DNA of 60,513 nt, filler included, from 8 parts of 8 records of this genome joined end to end with filler, not necessarily neighbours in it, one strand, 5' to 3'; positions 1 to 9,730 are shown, counted from the first letter of the whole stretch. The notes: generated from the sequence alone by a model not told the origin. Program-made: numbers and translations.

Positions 1-1233
1 GTTGAAGTCGTGGGCAATGCCGCCGGCCAGAACCCCGACGGCTTCCATTTTTTGGGAGTGAAATAACTGGGTTTCAAGCTGTTGCTTTTTCTTTTCGGCT
101 GTTTTCCTGGGATTGATACTGAAAAATATGCCGTGAAAGGCGGTGTCGTCTGATTCGTCCGTAACAGGACGGCCGGAAATGTGTATCCAGAACTGCTCTC
201 CTGATTTTTTTAATATCCTGATTTCAAGAGGGTTGGAATCCCTGGATTCAGGATTGTAAAAGCTGTTTAGGACAAGCTCCAGATCTTCGGGGTGAATTAA
301 AAAGGTGGGCGGCTTGCCTATTAATTCTTCAGGCTTGTAACCGGTTATCATTTCACAGGCCGGGCTCATGTAAGAGAATACCCCGTTTGTATTTACCCGG
401 AAGACTGCTTCATATATATTTTCGACCAGGTCCCGATAGCGCTTTTCACTGCTCCGAAAAGCGTTTTCGGAATTTTTCAACTCGCTTATATCCTTGACGT
501 ATTCTAAGATCAACTCTGTTTGTCCCTGCTCGTCAAACACCGGCAGAAAGCTGATGTCAATATGAACTCCATCAATTATTTGAGAGCGGGAATGGCGGGG
601 CGCTTTTGTAGCAATTACTTTTGCCGCCTTGCAGCCCGGGCAAATGTCGTCAAAGCCGCGGTAGGTTTGGTAACACTTGGTAAAAAGCAGGCGCCTATTT
701 TCCGGAACGCAGCCTACTCCGCTCCAGTTGCTGAAAACGATGTTGTAATCCTTATCATGTATTGAAATAAGGTCGGGCACGGCCTCAAGCATTCTTTCAA
801 AAAGAGTCTTGGCCCTGATTAGTTCGCGCTCCATTTTTTTTTGGGTCGATATATCCGTAATCAGGGCGACGGCCCCTTTTACCCCTCCGGCAACACTTTT
901 AAAGACTGTTCCATTTAAAACTATTGTCAGTGCTTCCCCGTTCTTTTTCCTAAGTTCGATTTCAAAACTAGTATGGCCGGCGGTTGGAATGCGCGCAGTA
1001 TGGGCCTCCAAAATAGACCGGTTTCGGCGGTCTACAAATTCAAACAGCGTCTTGCCAAGCAGTTCGTTTTTTGAGTACCCAATCATTTTGCAAAAGGCCT
1101 GGTTGACATCCACCGTTCTTAATTCAGAATCAATATGCCAGTACCCCTCGCTGGTTCTTTCAATCAAGGTCCGATAAAGGTTTTCGTTTTCCGATAACTC
1201 GGAATCAGGGCTCTTAAATTTTTCTATATCCAT
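1..1233 (-). CDS. Multi-PAS sensor histidine kinase, 3'-truncated by the window edge (not in ORF track)
   Basis: Manual translation from ATG at 1233: MDIEKFKSP..., three PAS/PAC-like repeats (DVNQAFCKMIGYSKNELLGK; SPACEMITGYKPEELIGK), ending in H-box SQKMEAVGVLAGGIAHDFN at position 1. Confidence 0.9.
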   Translation of the reverse strand, partial: MDIEKFKSPDSELSENENLYRTLIERTSEGYWHIDSELRTVDVNQAFCKMIGYSKNELLGKTLFEFVDRRNRSILEAHTARIPTAGHTSFEIELRKKNGEALTIVLNGTVFKSVAGGVKGAVALITDISTQKKMERELIRAKTLFERMLEAVPDLISIHDKDYNIVFSNWSGVGCVPENRRLLFTKCYQTYRGFDDICPGCKAAKVIATKAPRHSRSQIIDGVHIDISFLPVFDEQGQTELILEYVKDISELKNSENAFRSSEKRYRDLVENIYEAVFRVNTNGVFSYMSPACEMITGYKPEELIGKPPTFLIHPEDLELVLNSFYNPESRDSNPLEIRILKKSGEQFWIHISGRPVTDESDDTAFHGIFFSINPRKTAEKKKQQLETQLFHSQKMEAVGVLAGGIAHDFN

Positions 1234-2113
1234 TATGCCCCCTATTTTCCCGATAACAGCCGCATTCCTAATGAACAAAGTTTGGCCTGACAACGGGCGG
1301 CATCTCAAAAGCTTTGTTAATTCAGAATGTAAGATACACTACAGATGTAGCTCCGCTTACTTAAAATAAAAGCGCTGTCGAAAAATTTAACTCAAGGCGA
1401 ACACTCTTCTTGTTAGTTTGCGAGGCCTGAATAAATTAAAAATTCATTCTATCGCCGCCAAGAATCCGAACCCGTCCTGAAAACCAGACTCCACGGCCTT
1501 GAAATAAACGGATAAGAAGACATGTTCAGCCTTTAAGTTATTTTATTTCTGACTAATTCTTCGAGGCGTATAAAACACGGCTTCCGGATCGCCCCCTGAA
1601 CGCCCGCCTTTATCAACAACGCCCGATGCTATCGAGAAACAATGGCTTCGTATGATGAGCGTTCCGCCTTGTTGCTGTGACAGGCAATTTCAATTTTATC
1701 GCGATTTCTAATTTAATTCAAGAATAATAATACGTTACTGGTAAAAAAATGGAATTTTAACAATAACGCTTAATATATCGTGATAAGCATCAAGAAAGGG
1801 CGAACGAATAACGAATATCAGATTGGAAAGCATCAAAAAAAATTAAAAACCGATCCGTGCGGAAACCTTATTTGTATTCGGGATGCAGCTTTTTACGTAA
1901 TCTAAGCGAGCAGCCGAACCACATCCATAGTGTAGTTAACATTTTGAATTGACAAGGCTTTGATGAATGCGCGCCTTGATAGGGGAGCGATACTTAAATA
2001 ATCAGGGTGCGATCATTAAGTAGGATTCCGATCAGATTAAAATCCGCCGGATTCCGAGTCGCACCCGATTATTATTTATTCATTAGGCAGGGTTGGTTAA
2101 TAACCTCATTGTC

Positions 2114-2332
2114 CTATCGGTGATGGCCGCCGGGTTCGTGATCGTGATTGTGACCGCAACAGTGAGAATGATCATGATCGTGGTCGTGGTTGTGATCGTG
2201 GTGGTGGTGATGATGATCGTGGTTATGGCTGTGAGGGTGAATATGCGGCAAGGTTTTCTTTTCACCCGCGCCGCCGGGGCCAAAACTTTGAATTGTTATT
2301 TTTTTTTCAGGATTTCCACAGCATTCACACAT
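2114..2332 (-). CDS. Small His/Cys-rich putative metal-binding protein (72 aa)
   Basis: MCECCG start, 22 His, second CCG motif; GGAGG RBS and near-consensus promoter upstream. Confidence 0.8.
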   Translation of the reverse strand: MCECCGNPEKKITIQSFGPGGAGEKKTLPHIHPHSHNHDHHHHHHDHNHDHDHDHSHCCGHNHDHEPGGHHR

Positions 2333-2383
2333 ATTTTCCTCCCGGGCGCTTGTACGAATTTATCGTGATTATTAGCGAATGTA

Positions 2384-2412
2384 ATTATACTAAACCACAT
2401 TTTTCAATGCAA
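2384..2412 (-). promoter_or_regulatory. Sigma70-type promoter of the His-rich gene
   Basis: Minus strand TTGCAT (2412-2407), 17-nt spacer, TATAAT (2389-2384). Confidence 0.7.
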
Positions 2413-2495
2413 GCCCCCATGTCGCTAGTGTCGAGAGTATATGAATTGACCGATTATATAATCATCTTCCTGGTAAAGCACTTTGGCGCAGGAGC

Positions 2496-3539
2496 CTAAA
2501 AAGCATGCACATGATCGGGACTAATATGAACAATAACCCGGCTTCCTTCCATAAGCCCGTTTTGCAGAAGGCTGGACCCCGGCGTCAAGGCGCAGAATGT
2601 CGTATTTTGTATTTTTACGGTTAATTCGTAGAATAGGCCCTGGGAAGAAATACAGGTTATTTCTCCTGGAAAGGCATTGATATCTCCATTTGAGTCGCTT
2701 TCAGCCGCAACATTTATATCTTCGGGTCTTATGCCGATATGAGTCGGGGATGTATTTTCACATGAAGACCTTTCAAAAATAATGTCCATTTGATCCAATC
2801 GGGCCAATCCATTATCAAAGGACGCCGGAAATATATTTTTCATTCCAATGAATCCGGCGACAAAAGGCGATTTGGGATTACGAAATATTTCCTGAGCATT
2901 GCCGATTTGTTCCATTCCGCCCTTACTCATGACCGCGGCGCGTTCCGCCAGAAAAAGGGCTTCCGTGAAATCGTGGGTGACCATTAAAAATGTCATGCCG
3001 AGCTCTCGATGAAGTTCTTTTATAATTTTGCGTATTTCTTCCCTAAAGGCCGGATCGAGGGCTGAAAGAGGTTCATCAAGCAATAGCGCTGCAGGGCGTA
3101 CGGCAAGAGCCCGGGCCAATGCTGTGCGCTGTTTTTCGCCGCCGCTTAGATGTTCGACCGACCGGTCTAAAAGATGCTCTATATTCAACCGCTTAACAAG
3201 GTCTTCAATGAAATTTCGGTTTGTCATGGGATCGAGATCGTGGTACCTGAGGCCATAAGTGATATTTTTACGGACATTGAGGTGAGGGAATAGGGCGCTT
3301 TCCTGGTAAACAACGCCCAGTTTTCTTTCTTCAGGCGGAAGATTGGTCGCATTCCGGCCGTTTATGTAGATATTTCCGCTTGAAGCTGGAGTCAAACCGG
3401 CGACGGCTTCAAGCACCAGGGTTTTTCCGGCCCCGGTCGGCCCTAGCAGAACGAAGAATTCTCCAGGGGCGATTTCAATGTTGATATCGTGTACGTTAAA
3501 CCCGGGAACCGTGATGGAGAGGTTTTCGATTTTTATCAT
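2496..3539 (-). CDS. wtpC: Tungstate/molybdate ABC transporter ATP-binding subunit
   Basis: Walker A GPTGAGKT, LSGGE, LLLDEP, C-terminal TOBE-like region; start reassigned to ATG 3539, which overlaps the wtpB stop (ATGA). Confidence 0.9.
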   Translation of the reverse strand: MIKIENLSITVPGFNVHDINIEIAPGEFFVLLGPTGAGKTLVLEAVAGLTPASSGNIYINGRNATNLPPEERKLGVVYQESALFPHLNVRKNITYGLRYHDLDPMTNRNFIEDLVKRLNIEHLLDRSVEHLSGGEKQRTALARALAVRPAALLLDEPLSALDPAFREEIRKIIKELHRELGMTFLMVTHDFTEALFLAERAAVMSKGGMEQIGNAQEIFRNPKSPFVAGFIGMKNIFPASFDNGLARLDQMDIIFERSSCENTSPTHIGIRPEDINVAAESDSNGDINAFPGEITCISSQGLFYELTVKIQNTTFCALTPGSSLLQNGLMEGSRVIVHISPDHVHAF

Positions 3540-4321
3540 GATCTGTTCCTCTTGGGCAGGGAAACCATTCTTAGTAGAACGAAAAGTACGAGGCAAACTA
3601 CAATCAGCCATACAGCGACTGGTTGTGAATACTGCAGCCCGTAAGCAGTGAACCGTTCGTAGATCATGACGGGCGCGATCATGGGGTGATAGGCGACAAT
3701 TACTATGGCGCCGAATTCGCTTATGGCCCTTGCGGCGCACATAATCATTCCCACGAGCATGCTGCGCCAGGCCAAGGGAACGGTTATGCGTATGAAAGTG
3801 GCTGTCATGGAAGCGCCCAGGCTGCGGGATACTTTTTCAAGGCGTGACGGGATGGCTTCAAAACCGTTTTTTGCTGTATTTATGTAAAACGGAATCCCAA
3901 CAAAGGTGAGAACGACCACAATACCTGTTACGCTTCCCATAATGCGTACGCCCAATTCCTGTAAAACGCCGCCAAGCCAGTGATCCCGGCCGGCCATGCT
4001 CAATATGGCTATTCCGATTACAGGATGCGGGATCATGATCGGCAGGTCTATAATGCTTTCGATCAGCTTTTTGCCTTTGAAATCCTTCCGGGCCAGCAGG
4101 TAGGCCAGCGGGGTGCCAAGCAGAAAACTGATTACGGCGGCCAAACTCGAAGTGTACACGCTGAGCCAGATGGATTTTTGGACGTCCCTGTCCTTGATTG
4201 TTTCAACCAGGCTGCTGAATGTCGGCTGGATGACCATTTCCGCCAGGGGCAGTATAATGAAGGCCAGTATTAAAAAGCTGGCGGCAACGGCAATGCCTGC
4301 AAACGGATCGATTTTTTTCAT
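3536..4321 (-). CDS. wtpB: Tungstate/molybdate ABC transporter permease
   Basis: Multiple TMs, DLPIMIPHPVIG, EAA-like loop, ARAISEFGA. Confidence 0.9.
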   Translation of the reverse strand: MKKIDPFAGIAVAASFLILAFIILPLAEMVIQPTFSSLVETIKDRDVQKSIWLSVYTSSLAAVISFLLGTPLAYLLARKDFKGKKLIESIIDLPIMIPHPVIGIAILSMAGRDHWLGGVLQELGVRIMGSVTGIVVVLTFVGIPFYINTAKNGFEAIPSRLEKVSRSLGASMTATFIRITVPLAWRSMLVGMIMCAARAISEFGAIVIVAYHPMIAPVMIYERFTAYGLQYSQPVAVWLIVVCLVLFVLLRMVSLPKRNRS

Positions 4322-4332
4322 TATGTTTATCC

Positions 4333-4361
4333 GGAAAAAGAACGGCGCCTGGTGCGCCGTT
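4333..4361 (-). terminator. Intercistronic stem-loop between wtpA and wtpB
   Basis: AACGGCGC-loop-GCGCCGTT followed by a T-rich run on the minus strand. Confidence 0.5.
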
Positions 4362-4388
4362 CTGATTGCTCGATTTTATTCTTCAGCC

Positions 4389-5375
4389 TTAGTTTTTAAC
4401 TTCAACAAGCTTCTGGATAGACTGCGGCAGCGCGTTCATCATTTCCTTGCTTGGAACCCGGCAGGGTATGAACGGCGGCTGACCCATATCCTTCAGAACC
4501 TTCAGGCCGCCTTCGGGTGAAAGCAGAAAGGTAAGAAATGCTTCAGCCGCTTCCGCGTTCACGGCGTCATTGGTCATGGTGATGCCGTACGTGCAGGACT
4601 TGCCTTTCTTGACTATCCAGGTCCCGGGTTTCTTACCGGTGACCTTTACTTCAGCCTGTTTGTAGAAATCGTCCATCTTGTAATTGCCCAGGTTTATTTC
4701 GTCGGGCAGGGTTATGTACTTAAGACCGTGCTGTACGGCCACGGAAAGATATTCCCAGGCATAATCCATGTTGCCGGTTTTAAGTAAGGAAACAAGTTCA
4801 ACGGATTTGGGGCGGACATTTTCCTTGGGTCGGTTGGCAATCAGCTTGTCGTACAATCCCGAAGCGCTGTAGTGTTTTTCCGCAAGTTGCAGAACCATGA
4901 GGCTTCTGTATCCGCAAGGATCCAGGTTTGGATCCGAGTGTCCCCAGACAACTCCCTTGCGGGCCAGCACTTCATACCACTTGCCTTTGTCTATTTCATC
5001 GGCGAACTTGCTTTTATCAGTGTAGCAAAGAACTAGTTGGTTGGTGGCAAACCGGATATTCCAGCTTGCGTACTTGGGTGTCAGGTTATTGTCGATGACC
5101 TTGTAATCGGCCGATGCCATAATGTCGGCGGGTTTGTGCAACTCGGAAATCATGCGCGCCATTTTGGTGCTGCCGCCGGCTTCTCTTTTGATGTCCACCT
5201 TGGGGTATTTGGCTTCAAACTGTTTTTCAATTTCAGCAAAGGGCACGGTCAGGCTTCCGGCGTGAAATATGATTACATCTCCGGAAGGTTCGGCCGCGGC
5301 TTTTGCGGCGGGGAACATAATAGCAAGAGAAAGGCAAATGGATAAAACGGACATGATAAACAACATCTTCTTCAT
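4389..5375 (-). CDS. wtpA: Tungstate/molybdate-binding periplasmic protein (WtpA family)
   Basis: Signal peptide; [19 protein letters not shown] and EYLSVAVQH motifs. Confidence 0.9.
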   Translation of the reverse strand: MKKMLFIMSVLSICLSLAIMFPAAKAAAEPSGDVIIFHAGSLTVPFAEIEKQFEAKYPKVDIKREAGGSTKMARMISELHKPADIMASADYKVIDNNLTPKYASWNIRFATNQLVLCYTDKSKFADEIDKGKWYEVLARKGVVWGHSDPNLDPCGYRSLMVLQLAEKHYSASGLYDKLIANRPKENVRPKSVELVSLLKTGNMDYAWEYLSVAVQHGLKYITLPDEINLGNYKMDDFYKQAEVKVTGKKPGTWIVKKGKSCTYGITMTNDAVNAEAAEAFLTFLLSPEGGLKVLKDMGQPPFIPCRVPSKEMMNALPQSIQKLVEVKN

Positions 5376-5742
5376 TTTTATCTCCTCTTATTAAGATTCT
5401 GAAATTCTATGGCGCCATATGGCGCCTGGTTAGATTATTTAGTTAATTAATAATAAATTACCTATTAATGTAATGAATACTGAAGGTTTTTATTTGTGTC
5501 AAGAAGTTTTATGTCAGGCGTGATATATTCGAAGGACAGGGGTAACACCTTGATAAAAAAATATTAAGTTCATGATTGCTATAAAGAAATTATAAAAATG
5601 GGACTGTTAATGGGGCCAATGTGATAGAATTAATGTTTGTGGGATTTTTTAAGAGCGGAAAAAATCAAACAATGAGAAAGTAATGAGGGCCCGGATTAAG
5701 GCTTTGGAGCCGGCGAAAAGTATTTCGGATTTTAGTGTTTTC

Positions 5743-5772
5743 AAAAAGAAACAGGGCCGTTTTCGGCCCTGT
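5743..5772 (-). terminator. Rho-independent terminator of the VPLPA-CTERM gene
   Basis: ACAGGGCCG-TTTT-CGGCCCTGT hairpin with an A-run on the + strand side. Confidence 0.75.
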
Positions 5773-5796
5773 ATATAGCTGTTATATTCTTTTTAA

Positions 5797-6510
5797 TTAA
5801 TGTTTTACCTTACGCCTCAATGCGACCAGTCCGATTAAACCGGATCCGAGCAGCCAGACCGCCCCAGGAATGGGGATATAAACTTTAAGGCTGCCTTCAC
5901 CGTCCAAACCCACGTTTTGAAAACGCAACGCCCAATCGGTCAAGTCGCCGGGGTCATCGTCAAACGTAATATAAAAAGTGGCGATTGACTCATAAAGATT
6001 GCTGCCGGTCAGCCCTTCGGCATCGGGATTAATGATCCCGTATTTCACGCCTTGGGTAGTATGGGGCAGAAAATTGAAGGTAATTCCTCCGCCTCCTCCC
6101 GAAAGGCTGGCTTCCGTTTCGAGTTGCCACCCACTGGTAATGTCGGTCAGGGGGCCGGATCCGCTTCCGGAAACGAAGCCAAAAGCAGTAACCGTAAAGG
6201 GCGCGATGTCATTAACGGAATTTTCAACATTAAATCCGAATCCGACTATGGCCGGTGAATTGGAGTTGCCGCCGCTGTCTGTGGTCGGCGATGTATTTTC
6301 AATGGTTACGACCAGTTGGTAATCATCTATTCCATATGGATTGAGAGCGTAGGATATCGTCGCACTGCCAACGGCGGTGTACCCTCCTACTTCAGTCGAT
6401 CCGCTGAGTTGAATAGGAGAACCCCATGCCGGAGTAAATCCGACAAGACAAAAGGCCGCTACAATTACCGCCAGCGATATGCTGAGAAAAAATTTATTTG
6501 CGCGCGCCAT
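5797..6510 (-). CDS. Secreted Ser/Thr/Gly-rich protein with VPLPA-CTERM (PEP-CTERM-like) sorting signal
   Basis: N-terminal signal peptide; C-terminus IPIPGAVWLLGSGLIGLVALRRKVKH. Confidence 0.85.
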   Translation of the reverse strand: MARANKFFLSISLAVIVAAFCLVGFTPAWGSPIQLSGSTEVGGYTAVGSATISYALNPYGIDDYQLVVTIENTSPTTDSGGNSNSPAIVGFGFNVENSVNDIAPFTVTAFGFVSGSGSGPLTDITSGWQLETEASLSGGGGGITFNFLPHTTQGVKYGIINPDAEGLTGSNLYESIATFYITFDDDPGDLTDWALRFQNVGLDGEGSLKVYIPIPGAVWLLGSGLIGLVALRRKVKH

Positions 6511-6845
6511 GACTTTTCTCCTTACTTATTTTAGTATACTTTATAGTAGCAATTTTTCAGAATAATACAATACGACGATCGTACTATTTTGGGTGAATAA
6601 ATACCTGTTTTTTCTAATACTTTTTTATTACTGAAATGTGTTTTCGGCCTATCTATACATATACGAATTCCACGTGATTTCGTCACACCCTTTTGTGGTT
6701 TTTTTGAAAAAAATTCTCGTTTCACGAGCTGGCATCTTGATGATAATATATATCCTTGCAACGCTTTCCGTGGACAAACTGACAAGGCTGTTTCTGAAAA
6801 AAGTCGTCTCTTATTGATTATTAATTTAATTCAGAGGAAACCGGA

Positions 6846-8159
6846 ATGGCTCATGATGTTTTCATAAGTTATTCATCCCGGGACAAGCCCATAGCCGACG
6901 CGGCCTGTTCCATACTGGAAAAAATGGGCGTCCGGTGTTGGATAGCTCCCAGGGATGTCACACCGGGGACTAATTACGGCGGGGCCATTGTTCAGGCAAT
7001 ACGGGATTCCAGCGTTCTGGTTCTGATTCTGTCTTCGAATTCGAATCAGTCGCCCCAGGTGTTAAGGGAGGTGGAAAGGGCAGTTTCCAGCGGCTTGCCG
7101 ATAATTCCATTAAGAGTGGAAGAAGTCCAGCTTACGCCTTCGATGGAATATTATGTGAGCAGCCAGCACTGGCTGGACGCCATGAATCCTCCTTTGGAGA
7201 ATCATTTACATAAACTGGGCGCTACTGTAAAAGCCCTGCTGAATGCGGACGATTACCTATACGAGGAAGGGTCAGACCAATCAGACCCATCAGATGCTCC
7301 GGTAGTGGAAACTGTTGTTTCCCGGACCTTTGAAAGCGAATCCGCACTGGATCCCGATCAATTATCCGATAATGAATTCGGAGGGGGGACCGAACTTTTA
7401 AATACCGGATTCCTGGTTTTCGGCATCCTGACTTTTTGGATTTACACGGTTTGGGTCTATCACGGGATATTGGCCAGGCATTTAAAAGGCCGCCTCGAAT
7501 TTTTTGACGGGTTGTTAAAAGGTAAGGAACTTGATGAGCAGGCTCGCGTAAACCTGTTAAAGATTTCCGGGGAAGGATTCAAAATCAGTAATAGCGTCAA
7601 ATATGTCTGTTCGATAATGTACCTGGTCTGTGTTGTAATGATCGGTCTCGAAATCATTGCGCAGTATCTGTTTGAAGCCGGCCTTGCGCCCCAGGAGGTA
7701 TTTGACGTCTTTACGCCTTTGGCCATTGCGATTGCTTCTGCTGCTTTTTGTACTTCCAGCGTCATATTTATGATCTGGTCGGGCAAGCTGTTAAAAAATC
7801 ATGAATATAATGAATCATTAATGCTGTCGTTGATTGATAATCCCGCTGATTTTAAACTTGTCAGGCCTTCGAGCGGATTTATAAAAAAATGGAATAAACA
7901 CCAGAACTGGACGGCGCTTTTTCTGGTGTTGGCCGTCCCCATGACCATCTCCCCGACATGGGGCGTTCTACATGCATATAGAGTCCTTGAAAAAGGAGGA
8001 GATTATCAGACTGTCATAATCGTCTGGGCTATCCTGGTTTTTACTTTTGCACTGATTTTTCACCTGTGGGGTATAAGGCTGCTGGTGAACATGTATAACG
8101 AACACCTGTCTTTTGAGCATGCGGCCCGGACGCGGTCTGCCGCGCTGTTTGAAAATTAA
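6846..8159 (+). CDS. TIR-domain protein fused to a ~5-TM membrane domain
   Basis: DVFISYSSRD...CWIAPRD...SPQVLREVERA TIR signature, acidic linker, five hydrophobic segments. Confidence 0.85.
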   Translation: MAHDVFISYSSRDKPIADAACSILEKMGVRCWIAPRDVTPGTNYGGAIVQAIRDSSVLVLILSSNSNQSPQVLREVERAVSSGLPIIPLRVEEVQLTPSMEYYVSSQHWLDAMNPPLENHLHKLGATVKALLNADDYLYEEGSDQSDPSDAPVVETVVSRTFESESALDPDQLSDNEFGGGTELLNTGFLVFGILTFWIYTVWVYHGILARHLKGRLEFFDGLLKGKELDEQARVNLLKISGEGFKISNSVKYVCSIMYLVCVVMIGLEIIAQYLFEAGLAPQEVFDVFTPLAIAIASAAFCTSSVIFMIWSGKLLKNHEYNESLMLSLIDNPADFKLVRPSSGFIKKWNKHQNWTALFLVLAVPMTISPTWGVLHAYRVLEKGGDYQTVIIVWAILVFTFALIFHLWGIRLLVNMYNEHLSFEHAARTRSAALFEN

Positions 8160-8186
8160 GCGGCGGCGGGTCCGACAACCGCCGCT
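8159..8186. terminator. Hairpin between the convergent TIR and amidohydrolase genes
   Basis: AGCGGCGG...CCGCCGCT inverted repeat, no clear U-tract. Confidence 0.45.
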
Positions 8187-8194
8187 AAAGGAGA

Positions 8195-9028
8195 TTACCA
8201 ATCCAATTTGAAGACACGAGCCGCGTTTCCATAAAGGAATAAATCCCGGGTTTCATCGTCCAGTCCCAGTTCATCCAGGTTCTCCAGGCATTTGGCGTGT
8301 GGGATCATGGGATAATTTGTACCGAACATGCATTTCTTCTTGCCGTTGGCTTTCATGTAATTCACGAATTCGGGAGGGAAGCGCTTGGCGGTATAGGCTG
8401 AGGAATCAATATATACATTGGGATGCTTGGTAGCCACGGCTATCATTTCCTGGGTCCACGGGTAGCCGATATGGCCGCAAACGATTTTCAGTTCCGGAAA
8501 ATCCAGGGCGATTTCATCGATATAGGGAATCGGGCGGCCGGGTTCGGAAGGCCTCAGCGGCCCGGTGTGGCCTACCTGGAGGCAGATGGGGACGTCAAGT
8601 TCGACGCATTTGGCGTAAACGGGATAGTAATGTCGATCCGTGGGCGGCAGGTTCCATAGCCACTGCACCTGCCTGCAGCCGACGAATCCCCTTTCCTTGA
8701 CCCAATGAGTCAAATCACGGACCGCATCCATCGGCCGCCACAGATCCACGGAAGCAAGGCCCCGAAGCCGGTCGGGATGTTTTTCCAACAATTCTGCGGT
8801 TTCCTGGTTGCTGATCAGAGGTCCGTCAGGCCCCTGCCAGGCACTGAGCAGACCATGGCTTACGTTCCCCTGATCCATCACCGACAAAGTGATTTCGATG
8901 GGTATTTCCTCTTCAGGGATCTGGCCGCCCATCCAGCGGCGCAGAGATTCAAACATGGGATGGCTGATAAACTTAAGGGTCGGATGCTGCATCCAGACAT
9001 CGATTATTTGTTTTTTTGACTGGTTCAT
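8195..9028 (-). CDS. Amidohydrolase_2 family protein
   Basis: IIDVWMQHP, FPELKIVCGHIGYPW, NVYIDSSA, MFGTNYP. Confidence 0.88.
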   Translation of the reverse strand: MNQSKKQIIDVWMQHPTLKFISHPMFESLRRWMGGQIPEEEIPIEITLSVMDQGNVSHGLLSAWQGPDGPLISNQETAELLEKHPDRLRGLASVDLWRPMDAVRDLTHWVKERGFVGCRQVQWLWNLPPTDRHYYPVYAKCVELDVPICLQVGHTGPLRPSEPGRPIPYIDEIALDFPELKIVCGHIGYPWTQEMIAVATKHPNVYIDSSAYTAKRFPPEFVNYMKANGKKKCMFGTNYPMIPHAKCLENLDELGLDDETRDLFLYGNAARVFKLDW

Positions 9029-9054
9029 CTTATTTCTCCCCGGCTTCTTAAATT

Positions 9055-9078
9055 ATATGGTTTGGTGCAAAACTATAT
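9055..9078. promoter_or_regulatory. Second copy of the putative MarR operator, upstream of the amidohydrolase
   Basis: ATATGGTTTGGTGCAAAACTATAT, an imperfect palindrome resembling the 9521-9546 site. Confidence 0.6.
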
Positions 9079-9093
9079 CTGTAAATTTTTTTT

Positions 9094-9522
9094 CTATATG
9101 TTTTTATAAACTTTGCCTATCAGGTTAAATAAAAGAGATTTTTCATCTTCGGTAAGCCCTTGAAACATTTTAGCGTTCATCTCACTAGAAATGGAGAGTA
9201 AAGCAGGGCGGAGGCCTCTTGCTTTAGGAGTCAGGGCCAGCCTTACATACCTGGCGTCGTCTTCCTGTTTTTCCTTGGTTATATATCCTTCCGATTCAAG
9301 CCTTTGAACGACCAGAGAAATGGTTGACTTGTCCTTGATTGTATATTTGGCGAGTTCCTGCAGGGAAAGCGGTCCTTTCCGGTCCAGGACAAAAAGGATG
9401 TCCCCGTATGAAGGCGCTATTCCGGCAATTTGCTTTTGGGCCAGTCCCTTTTTGAGAAATTTGAACATCCTCTGCCTTATGCTGTTCAGGACATAGAGGA
9501 AATTTTTTTCGTTCACATTCAT
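9094..9522 (-). CDS. MarR family transcriptional regulator
   Basis: ELAKYTIKDKSTISLVVQRLESEGYI...DARYVRLALT winged-helix pattern. Confidence 0.92.
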   Translation of the reverse strand: MNVNEKNFLYVLNSIRQRMFKFLKKGLAQKQIAGIAPSYGDILFVLDRKGPLSLQELAKYTIKDKSTISLVVQRLESEGYITKEKQEDDARYVRLALTPKARGLRPALLSISSEMNAKMFQGLTEDEKSLLFNLIGKVYKNI

Positions 9523-9559
9523 AATAGTTTTGTATAAAACTATTATGTGGAGCTGTCAA
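9521..9559 (-). promoter_or_regulatory. marR promoter overlapped by a palindromic operator (probably leaderless)
   Basis: TTGACA (9559-9554), 17 nt, TATACA, 8 nt, ATG; palindrome ATAATAGTTTT-GTAT-AAAACTATTAT at 9521-9546. Confidence 0.7.
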
Positions 9560-9730
9560 GATAATATGCTGATCTTCACCATGCTCGTGTATATCTTCTA
9601 TGTCAATTTCAGATCTTATCCCGAAAAAACAATGAAGGCGAGTTAGGCGTTAAGAGCCTTGTTATTCCGTATTCAGCCCCAGTCGCTGCTGAATAGGCTC
9701 AATAAATTTCAGTTAGTCAGGGGCACTGAA

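Noticed and set aside
1535-1590. Minus-strand VFYTPR resembling a DNA methyltransferase motif
   Set aside because: Immediately followed by a stop and no other methylase motifs are present.
1855-1925. GGAAACC...GGGATGCAGC...CTAAG resembling a c-di-GMP-I riboswitch
   Set aside because: No paired P2 stem with a GNRA loop, no GCAAA motif, and no co-oriented downstream gene.
2083-2368. Thr/Ile-rich (2083-2283) and Val/Met-rich (2093-2368) ORFs
   Set aside because: Alternative frames of the His-codon repeat; only 2114-2332 has an RBS and promoter.
5376-5500. Possible Moco/Tuco riboswitch upstream of wtpA
   Set aside because: The region is very AT-rich with only a GGCGCCATATGGCGCC palindrome; conserved motif elements are not recognisable.
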